Source of the DNA: a bacterium
Lineage (GTDB): Bacteria; Zhuqueibacterota; Zhuqueibacteria; Oceanimicrobiales; Oceanimicrobiaceae
DNA length: 20,227 nt
Reading direction: 5' to 3'
NCBI GenBank assembly: GCA_037446635.1
Contig: JBBIIG010000044.1
Location: 1 to 20,227 of the forward strand
Part shown: positions 1 through 6,860 of the stretch, one piece after another
How positions within the stretch are numbered: the first letter of the stretch is position 1
How the letters are laid out: each line of letters starts with the position of its first letter
Made by a program: the position numbers and the translations under genes
Notes under the pieces: model-generated
The model's input: only the letters and a program-made list of their open reading frames with translations
Database searches by the model: none
Told to the model about the DNA's origin: nothing

Positions 1-25
1 AGAAAAAAACTAATTTAAGTTTTTC

Positions 26-1354
26 TTAAAACGTCGCCTCGTTGACAAAATATGGGGCGAACATCAAGCTGCGGGAATCGCCCACCGCGAATGGAAACAG
101 CACAAGCTGATCGATGTTGGTGACATTCTCCACAGGATTGAACAAGTCTCCGATGATTAATGCGGTATTGATTCCCTGCTGCGGGGAAGGCGCGGCGATG
201 CGAAGATTGAAATCGTCGCTGAGCCGCGAAGCCTCGACACCAGTCAAGAGTAGATTGGACACCGCGCCGGTGTTAAACGAAAACACCGCTTCAAGCTGAT
301 TGCCAAACAACTTCTGTTTGTCGTCCAGCGATTGCAGCGTGCGAAACACGCTGAAGCCGCCGCTCTGGTTGGGAAAGGCGCCGTTGAGCAGCGTGCCGTT
401 GGTGAGCCAGTCGAGCTGAGTAAAATAAAATTTGTTGCGCAGCGTGATGGCCTTTGTGAGCTCGCGATGGTAGTCCATTCTAACGCGCAGCAATTCCTGA
501 TCAGAACGATCGAGCGGAGTTTGATACGAGCGCTCGCGCGGCACGTTCGGAATTGCCGGTTCAAAAGTGAATTGCAGTGGCAAGCCGGAATCCGGCGCGT
601 AGTCGCTGTTGACGTACTCGAAATTGATAGTTGCCGCGCTGCGATCGTCGATGCGCCAGGTGAGTGCCGGGTTGATCGCAAAGTTGTTGTTCTCTTTATC
701 ATCGCGGAAACCATTCGACTCCTGCCAAATGCCGTTGAGGCGCAGCGCAAGATTTTTTTGCAAATTAGTGAGTCCGGCGTCAAACGTGCCGCGCGTGGTT
801 TTGAATTCGCCGTACGACGCCGAAACGTTGGCGAAATTTTTGAACACCGGCTGCTTGCGTACGAGATTGACCGCGCCGGAAAGCGGATTGCTGCCGTACA
901 AAAATGCCGCCGGACCTTTCAACACTTCCACGCGCTCGATGTTGTAGAGATTATAAAAACTCACCTCAGGTTCCGCGGCGCCGTCGGTGAGCACCAGCCC
1001 GCTGCTGAGCGATTCAAAGCCGCGGATGAAGAAAAAGTCGAAGATGCCGAAGCCGTTCTGCACGTTAACGCCGCTGACGTTTTTGAGGGCGTCGCTCAGC
1101 ACCAACCCGTTTTGACTTTCAAACAGCGGCCGCGTCACCACGCCCACGCTGGCTGGCATCGAATGCAGCGACATCAGCGATTTCGTGGCCACGGCGCTCA
1201 CCGTAGGAATCGACAAGCTGCGCTGACCAACCACGGTCACGGTATCAGCCCAAAATAGCGGATTGGGATCGAATTCCTGAGCGGCCACAAAAGCCGGCAG
1301 AAAAAGCATGAGGTTGAGATACATCCAAAATTTAATGCGAAGTTTTAATTTCAT
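26..1354 (-). CDS. TonB-dependent outer-membrane receptor (siderophore-receptor-like), truncated by an in-frame TAA at 26-28
   Basis: Probable start is ATG 1354 (GGAGG RBS upstream), followed by a signal peptide. It has a TonB-box-like DTVTVVG, plug motifs (FFIRGF; NIERVEVLKGPAAFLYGSNPLSGAVNLVRK) and barrel strands. Only 442 aa, with no C-terminal barrel strands. The frame continues past the stop as EKLKLVFF. Confidence 0.85.
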   Translation of the reverse strand: MKLKLRIKFWMYLNLMLFLPAFVAAQEFDPNPLFWADTVTVVGQRSLSIPTVSAVATKSLMSLHSMPASVGVVTRPLFESQNGLVLSDALKNVSGVNVQNGFGIFDFFFIRGFESLSSGLVLTDGAAEPEVSFYNLYNIERVEVLKGPAAFLYGSNPLSGAVNLVRKQPVFKNFANVSASYGEFKTTRGTFDAGLTNLQKNLALRLNGIWQESNGFRDDKENNNFAINPALTWRIDDRSAATINFEYVNSDYAPDSGLPLQFTFEPAIPNVPRERSYQTPLDRSDQELLRVRMDYHRELTKAITLRNKFYFTQLDWLTNGTLLNGAFPNQSGGFSVFRTLQSLDDKQKLFGNQLEAVFSFNTGAVSNLLLTGVEASRLSDDFNLRIAAPSPQQGINTALIIGDLFNPVENVTNIDQLVLFPFAVGDSRSLMFAPYFVNEATF

Positions 1355-1375
1355 TTTTCCTCCGTCATGTTTTAG

Positions 1376-1401
1376 CGCTCCCACGCCGGAGCGTGGGAGC
1401 G
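1376..1401. repeat. REP-like palindrome CGCTCCCACGC-cgga-GCGTGGGAGCG
   Basis: Perfect 11-bp stem with a 4-nt loop. A related copy lies at 20186-20208, and both are followed by GCAGTAAG. Confidence 0.8.
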
Positions 1402-1410
1402 AGGCAGTAA

Positions 1411-1439
1411 GGTAGGTCGACCGGCCTGGGCGACCTACC
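1411..1439. repeat. GTAG-type REP-like hairpin GGTAGGTCG...CGACCTACC
   Basis: Perfect 9-bp stem (1411-1419 with 1431-1439). Confidence 0.7.
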
Positions 1440-1447
1440 ACGCCAAC

Positions 1448-1475
1448 GTAGGGGCGTATTGCAATACGCCCCTAC
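1448..1475. repeat. GTAG-type REP-like perfect 28-bp palindrome GTAGGGGCGTATTGCAATACGCCCCTAC
   Basis: The sequence equals its own reverse complement. GTAG/CTAC ends are typical of REPs. It starts 6 nt after the stop of the upstream gene. Confidence 0.85.
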
Positions 1476-1481
1476 ACCGGT

Positions 1482-2711
1482 TTATTTCCCCGACAAATCG
1501 AGGCACAGCAGTTCCTTTTGGTTGCGAACGAACAACTTGCCATCAGCCAGCGCGGGCACCGTCCAGCAGCGGCCGCGCAGCACTTGCGCCGCCGCCACTT
1601 CTCTGAACTCGTTGGGATTGGCTTCAATCAAACCTAACTTGCCGCGCTCACCCAAGACGACGAGATGGCCGTCGGCGAAAATGAGCGTGCCGTTCTGGTA
1701 ACCGCGCTGCGCCCATTTTTCTTCCTGTGTCAGCACGTTGACGCATTTCAAAATCGCGCGGTCAAAACCATAAATATGATCGCCCACCAAAACCGACGAC
1801 GAAAAATCGTTGCGCATCACCTTGCTTTCCCAGATGGGCTTGACCGCCGGCTGGTTATCCGCGACGATTATTTCCAGCAGCGCCGCGCCTTTTTCCGCGC
1901 CACTGGAGATGAAAATTTTATTCTCCGGCACAAACACCGGTGTCGCGGCATTAAACGCCTGCGGTGGAAACGGATACTTCCAATAAATCTGGCCGTCCTT
2001 TGGCGACACCGAAACCAGCGAGCTGCCGGTGAAAAAAATGATCTGCCGTACACCATTGACGGTGATGGCAATCGGCGCAGCGTAATCCGGGTTATCAAAG
2101 TGGGAAGCCCACGCCAGCTTGCCGTCCTTTTTGTTGAAGGCGATGAAAGCTTGGTTGTTCGCGCCGCCGGCGTTTACCAAAATCAGATCGCCTTCGAGAA
2201 TCGGCGACGTGGAAATTCCGTGCTGGGGAATGGCGGCGCTGTATTCTTCGCGCAGATTGTGCTGCCAGATGACTTTGCCATCGCTCAGGCTGAGCGCGAA
2301 CAACAGGCCGTTTGCGCCCAACGTAAAAATCCGGTCGCCAGCGATAGCCGGCGTGGCGCGCGGGCCATCACCGAATTCGCTGGGGAACGCGGCGTCGGAC
2401 TTGAACCGCCACAGCTCATTGCCGGTGGCAGCATCGTAGCAGATCACAAACTCCTCACCGCGCTCGCCAAACATCGTCACCAGCCGGCCGCCGGCGACTG
2501 CCATGCCCGAAAAGCCGCTGCCAATTTCGGTGCGCCACACAACCGGCGGTCCGGTTTCCGGCCAAGTTTTGAGAATGCCGGTTTCTTTAGAAATGCCATC
2601 GCGATTGGGTCCGCGCCACTGCGGCCAATCGTTGTCCCCTGCCAAAACTAATGATGCCCAAATCAAGCAGCACACCATCGCTGCTTTTGTTATGATGGTT
2701 TTGCCTTTCAT
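1482..2711 (-). CDS. Exported PQQ-like/BamB-like beta-propeller repeat protein (409 aa)
   Basis: Probable start is ATG 2711 (AGGAGG RBS), followed by a signal peptide ending VLA. Motif DWPQWRGPNRDG, then repeated 'A(L/F)DxxxGxxxW' Trp-docking repeats. The ORF-track extension to 2819 merely reads through the 8-mer repeat. Confidence 0.88.
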   Translation of the reverse strand: MKGKTIITKAAMVCCLIWASLVLAGDNDWPQWRGPNRDGISKETGILKTWPETGPPVVWRTEIGSGFSGMAVAGGRLVTMFGERGEEFVICYDAATGNELWRFKSDAAFPSEFGDGPRATPAIAGDRIFTLGANGLLFALSLSDGKVIWQHNLREEYSAAIPQHGISTSPILEGDLILVNAGGANNQAFIAFNKKDGKLAWASHFDNPDYAAPIAITVNGVRQIIFFTGSSLVSVSPKDGQIYWKYPFPPQAFNAATPVFVPENKIFISSGAEKGAALLEIIVADNQPAVKPIWESKVMRNDFSSSVLVGDHIYGFDRAILKCVNVLTQEEKWAQRGYQNGTLIFADGHLVVLGERGKLGLIEANPNEFREVAAAQVLRGRCWTVPALADGKLFVRNQKELLCLDLSGK

Positions 2712-2757
2712 GCCAGCCTCCTGATCTTGAATTTCAAAATTCGAGGTAGTATAACGA

Positions 2758-2868
2758 GGAGTAATGGATTGCTGGCGCATGGCAGTAATGTAAAAACGAC
2801 CATTAATCCACTGACCCACTCATCCAGAAATCCATTACTCCAGAACTCCACCACTCCAGTGCTCCAGC
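2758..2868. repeat. Inverted 8-mer tandem-repeat arms with no enclosed gene
   Basis: Left arm: GGAGTAAT GGATTGCT GGCGCAT GGCAGTAAT (2758-2789). Right arm: CCATTAAT CCACTGAC CCACTCAT CCAGAAAT CCATTACT CCAGAACT CCACCACT CCAGTGCT CCAGC (2800-2868). Confidence 0.8.
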
Positions 2869-2874
2869 AAGGGA

Positions 2875-4107
2875 TCACTTGCTCATCATCGTGCCGCCCG
2901 TGAGATCGAGCGCAACAATCTCTTCCTGATTCTTTACGTACAGTTTGCCGTTGGCCAACGTCGGCACGGTCCAGCAGCGGCCGCGCAGCACCTGCACCGA
3001 CGCCTTTTCGACGTACTGTTCTGGTTTGGCTTCCACCAGCAGCAGCTTGCCGCGCTCGCTGAGGACAATCAAATGGCCGTCGGCGTAAATCAATGCGCCT
3101 TTGCCCAGTCCGCGCGTGGCCCATTTTTCCTCTTGCGTGTTGACGTTGATGCACTTGAGCGTGGCCTCGTCAAAACCGTAGAGGTAATCGCCCAACAGCA
3201 CCGGCGACGCCCAGTGATTGCGCATCACCTGACTGCGCCAGACTTGCTCCACCTGATTGCCTTTGATTTTCAACACTGCCGCGCCGACGTTGTAACCGGA
3301 GGAGATAAACACTTTGTCCGGCGGAATGAACACCGGAGTGGCCGCGTTGACGTCGTAGCTAGTGCGCCAGGGATGCGACCACAGCTTTTTGCCGTCCGTG
3401 GGTGAGACCGAGACCAGCGCCGTGCCGGTGAAAAACAGGTACTGCTTAACGCCGTTCACAGTCACAGAGATGGGCGCCGAGTAGCCCGGAAGATCGGTTG
3501 CGGTTTTCCAAACCACTTTGCCACTTTTTTTGTTGAAAGCCATCACGCCGTTGTCGCCGCGGCCACCAACGTCCACCAGCAGCAGCTCGCCATCCACCAG
3601 CGGCGAGGTAGAGACGCCCCAGGTGGGAACTTGACCGCCGAATTCGCTCCGCAGATCGTGTCCCCAGACTTTGGCGCCGGTTTTGGCGTTCAACGCCGCC
3701 AGCTTACCCTGGGCACTCAGCATATAAACCAAATCGCCATCCACGGCCGGAGTCGAACGCGGACCGTTGCCTTGATCATTTTTAAAAGCTTGATCGATGA
3801 TCGTTTTCCAGATTTCTTTGCCGGTGGCGGCGTCGAGGCACACCGCCAGCTCGTCGGCGCGCGTGGCGTGAATGGTGTACATCTTGCCGTTGGCTACCAC
3901 AATGCCGGAATAGCCCTCGCCCGACGGCGCTTTCCAAATCACTTTCGGGCCCTCGGCGGGCCAGCTTTTGAGAATGGTCTCTTTGGAGATACCATCGCGA
4001 TTGGGACCGCGCCACTGCGGCCAGTCGATGGGCGGGGTTGCCAACGTAACGACCGCTAATATCATCAGCAAACAAACTGGGATGATCGTTTGAGGTTTAA
4101 ATATCAT
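2875..4107 (-). CDS. Exported PQQ-like/BamB-like beta-propeller repeat protein (410 aa), paralogue of 1482-2711
   Basis: Probable start is ATG 4107 (GGAGG RBS), followed by a signal peptide. DWPQWRGPNRDGISKET and QVLRGRCWTVP are identical to the neighbouring gene. Trp-docking repeats are present. Confidence 0.88.
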   Translation of the reverse strand: MIFKPQTIIPVCLLMILAVVTLATPPIDWPQWRGPNRDGISKETILKSWPAEGPKVIWKAPSGEGYSGIVVANGKMYTIHATRADELAVCLDAATGKEIWKTIIDQAFKNDQGNGPRSTPAVDGDLVYMLSAQGKLAALNAKTGAKVWGHDLRSEFGGQVPTWGVSTSPLVDGELLLVDVGGRGDNGVMAFNKKSGKVVWKTATDLPGYSAPISVTVNGVKQYLFFTGTALVSVSPTDGKKLWSHPWRTSYDVNAATPVFIPPDKVFISSGYNVGAAVLKIKGNQVEQVWRSQVMRNHWASPVLLGDYLYGFDEATLKCINVNTQEEKWATRGLGKGALIYADGHLIVLSERGKLLLVEAKPEQYVEKASVQVLRGRCWTVPTLANGKLYVKNQEEIVALDLTGGTMMSK

Positions 4108-4123
4108 AGGTTCCTCCGTGGCT

Positions 4124-4201
4124 AATTGATTATTGACTATTTGACTAATGAACAAACGCTGACGCAATGATTAATCAATAGTCAATAGACAATAATCAAT
4201 T
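4124..4201. repeat. Inverted 7-mer tandem-repeat arms with no enclosed gene
   Basis: Left arm: ATTGATT ATTGACT ATTTGACT AATGAAC (4125-4153). Right arm: AATCAAT AGTCAAT AGACAAT AATCAAT (4173-4200). Segments 4124-4141 and 4184-4201 are reverse complements at 17/18 positions. Confidence 0.85.
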
Positions 4202-4206
4202 GGACT

Positions 4207-6639
4207 TCACTTCTGTGTTTTCTGAATCGGGAAAAACGTCTCCAAAATATCATCGGTGCGGGCGCGCCAACTGGCGTAGCCGTAGCCTTCGTTGAACTCG
4301 CCGCCGTGCACCACGTAGCCTTTGTCCTTCAAATTTTTAAACAAAGCCGCGCAAACCGCCGGACGATCCAGTCCGCTGTTAGAGTCGCGAATATCGTATT
4401 TGCCCCAGTGCAGATAAAATTGAATGGGCAATTTTTCGGTACTCGCCTGCCCGTCCGGCAGGCGGGCGATCAAATCACGCAGCTCGTCCCCGCGCGGACT
4501 ATCGACGTTGGTGGATTGGCCGGCGATAAAATTCACGACGCCCGGATGTTTGAGCGCCGCGAGAATCGAGAGATAGCCGCCGGAGCTGCCGCCCATCATC
4601 AAACGCGCGTTGGGGTCAGCGATGGTGCGGTAGCGGCTGTCTATGAACGGCACCAGCTCTTCCATCATCGCCTGCGCGAACTTTTCCCGCGGCGCGCCGG
4701 CGTATTCCTGAAATCCGGCCTGCGGATTGACATGAATGAACACTGCAATCAGCGGCTGGATGGTTTTGCCGATCAGATTGTCGAGGGTGTTGGGCAACTT
4801 CGCCCAATTTTTGGCCTGCATGCCGTAATGGACGTACACCACCGGATATCGCTGCTCGCTTTCATCGTAACCAGCCGGCAGGTACACTTCGAGCTTGCGG
4901 CTGTTGCCCAAAATCTTGCTCTCGAAATTGAGGCTGTCGATGCGGCCACGCGCAATGCCGTCGGCCGGATCGTCAAAATGAGTCTCAGCTTTGCGTTTCG
5001 GCATCACCAACACCGACTGCTCGCCATTGAACGATCGCGCCTTGTGCGGATTCAACGGGTCGGTGATGGTTTCATCAAAGTTGCGGATGATCTGATAGGC
5101 GAGATAAGCATCCGGTGCGGTTTTAAAAGAGTAGTGATAAAAATCCGTATCGGCAATTCGATTGAACGGCACCTGCTGGCCGATGTTGAACATATCGCCG
5201 GCGAGGGCTAAATCTTTCGCCTCGCCGCGGTAAACGACGTGCACAAGCTCGTCGCCCTCGATGATTGGAAATTGCTTTTGCGATTTCATAAACTCGTCGA
5301 TAAGCGCTACTTTGGCCGTGGCCGCTTCCACTTTTTTGACAAAGTCCGCAAACTTGGAAGTCGCCGGCACCCCAGGCGCGGCTGGTTTCGGAATGTCGGC
5401 CGCCAGTACCTCATCCACTCTGCCAACCTCGACGCTGGCGATTTCGTGCAGGCTGCGGACATAAATGCGGCCATTGGCAAAACTGGGCGGCGTCCACGCC
5501 GGCTTATCGAACACGTTTAAACTCGCCACCTCCTCGTAGCCGGCGGGCGTCGCTTTCGCTGCATGCAGCCGGCCGTCTTTAGTTTGAATAATGAGATGGC
5601 CATCGACCAAAATCAGAAAGCCGTCACCCGGCGGGCGCGAGCGCCAAACCGTTTCGCCCGTAACGGCATTCACGCAGGTGAGAAAACGGCCGTTGTAGCC
5701 GTACAAATGGCCTTCGTGAAACACCGTGGGATTGTACGTCTGCTTGATGTTGCCGTTCTTCCAGATTTCTTGAACCGAATAGCTGCCGCCCTCCTTTTTC
5801 ACTTGCAGCAGCAGTGATTCCTGAAAGCGCGGCATCAAAAGGATTTTGTCGCCGTCCACCAGCACCGGCGTGCTGGTGTTGTCTTCCCCGTTAAATCTGT
5901 ACTCCCACAATTTTTCGCCCGATGCCGGCCGCAATCCCAAAATCATTTTGTTGCCGACGGCGAGCAACTGTTCTTCGCCAGCGAGTTTTGCCACCACCGG
6001 CGATTGGTGGGTGACGGTGTCGGCGCCAGCGCTCCACAACAGTTTGCCGGAATGTTTGTCGAAGCCGGAAATCGCGTTGTTGGCCGAGCCGCCGGTCTCG
6101 AGAATGAGAACATCTTTATAAACCAGCGGCGCGGTGGTGTAGCCATAAAACGGGGCGACGGATTTGTGATCTTTGATGAGATCGGTGGACCAGATTTCTT
6201 TGCCGGTTTGGACGTTGAGCGCGTAAAGCACGCCTTTCGGAGCGAGCGCAAAGACTTTGCTGCCGTCGATCACCGGCGTGGAGATGGGACCGTTGTGCGA
6301 GCCGTCATGGCCGCGATAGGTGGAATCCATTTTGAAGCGCCACAACTCGCGGCCGTTGTTGGCATCGAGCGCGATGATGTAATCGAAGGTGCTGTCCGAA
6401 AACATAGTGACCGCGCGGCCATCGGCCACCGACACGCTGGCGTAGCCGGAGCCGAGCGGTTTCTTCCACGCGATCTTAAGTCCCTGACCGTTGCCAAATT
6501 TCAGCACGTTGTGAAACGCTTTGCCATCGGCGTTAGCGCCGCGCCACGAAGGCCAGTCTGTGGAAAAAGGCGTTGAGCCAAGGGTCAACGCAACCAAAAC
6601 TAGCACACCCATCCACCCAAACTGTAAACGGTTTTTCAT
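4207..6639 (-). CDS. Exported PQQ-like beta-propeller fused to a Fes/enterochelin-esterase-like alpha/beta-hydrolase module (810 aa)
   Basis: GAGGTG RBS and signal peptide. DWPSWRG propeller of about 400 aa, then a CBM48/Fes-N-like segment (LAGDMF...YQII...DPLNP). The esterase part has SKILGNSRKLEVYLPAGY, ELVPFIDSRYRT and the nucleophile elbow GGSSG. Confidence 0.88.
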   Translation of the reverse strand: MKNRLQFGWMGVLVLVALTLGSTPFSTDWPSWRGANADGKAFHNVLKFGNGQGLKIAWKKPLGSGYASVSVADGRAVTMFSDSTFDYIIALDANNGRELWRFKMDSTYRGHDGSHNGPISTPVIDGSKVFALAPKGVLYALNVQTGKEIWSTDLIKDHKSVAPFYGYTTAPLVYKDVLILETGGSANNAISGFDKHSGKLLWSAGADTVTHQSPVVAKLAGEEQLLAVGNKMILGLRPASGEKLWEYRFNGEDNTSTPVLVDGDKILLMPRFQESLLLQVKKEGGSYSVQEIWKNGNIKQTYNPTVFHEGHLYGYNGRFLTCVNAVTGETVWRSRPPGDGFLILVDGHLIIQTKDGRLHAAKATPAGYEEVASLNVFDKPAWTPPSFANGRIYVRSLHEIASVEVGRVDEVLAADIPKPAAPGVPATSKFADFVKKVEAATAKVALIDEFMKSQKQFPIIEGDELVHVVYRGEAKDLALAGDMFNIGQQVPFNRIADTDFYHYSFKTAPDAYLAYQIIRNFDETITDPLNPHKARSFNGEQSVLVMPKRKAETHFDDPADGIARGRIDSLNFESKILGNSRKLEVYLPAGYDESEQRYPVVYVHYGMQAKNWAKLPNTLDNLIGKTIQPLIAVFIHVNPQAGFQEYAGAPREKFAQAMMEELVPFIDSRYRTIADPNARLMMGGSSGGYLSILAALKHPGVVNFIAGQSTNVDSPRGDELRDLIARLPDGQASTEKLPIQFYLHWGKYDIRDSNSGLDRPAVCAALFKNLKDKGYVVHGGEFNEGYGYASWRARTDDILETFFPIQKTQK
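4442..4468. repeat. Intragenic mini-palindrome CGCCTGCC-cgtcc-GGCAGGCG, encoding approximately RLPDGQA
   Basis: Perfect 8-bp stem (4444-4451 with 4457-4464). It shares GGCAGGCGGGCG with 19939-19950. Confidence 0.65.
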
Positions 6640-6703
6640 AAATCACCTCTTTGGTTAGCCTTTCATGCCTCAGTTTATATTAGTTGGTTTCCTCTCATCA
6701 AGC

Positions 6704-6760
6704 GGAGTAATGGAGCAATGGATTACTGGAGTAATGAAAAAGCCAACGCCAGCGCTCCAA
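6704..6760. repeat. 8-mer tandem-repeat arm with a degenerate inverted partner
   Basis: GGAGTAAT GGAGCAAT GGATTACT GGAGTAAT (6704-6735), followed by CCAACG CCAGCGCT CCAA (6743-6760). Confidence 0.75.
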
Positions 6761-6779
6761 ATTAAAGTCCGATTTTTAA

Positions 6780-6841
6780 CTCATTCCCAAGTTCCACTTG
6801 AAAACGTACTTTTACCGCGAAGTGTTGCTTTGCCGGGGTAA
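6780..6841. repeat. Degenerate REP-like hairpins downstream of the radical SAM gene
   Basis: CTCATTCCCAAGT-tcc-ACTTGAAAACG resembles the CTCGTTCC...GGAAACG palindrome at 20133. A weak TTACC...GGTAA stem follows at 6812-6841. Confidence 0.4.
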
Positions 6842-6860
6842 CATAACATCCAATGTTGTG

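Noticed and set aside
2758..2868. CRISPR array
   Set aside because: Units are 7-8 nt contiguous repeats with no spacers, and there are no cas genes.
6640..6860. Small precursor peptide (PqqA-like or RiPP) next to the radical SAM gene
   Set aside because: Only a 22-codon ORF (MLCYPGKATLRGKSTFSSGTWE) overlapping REP-like hairpins was found, with no ExxxY motif. The enzyme lacks SPASM/RRE features.
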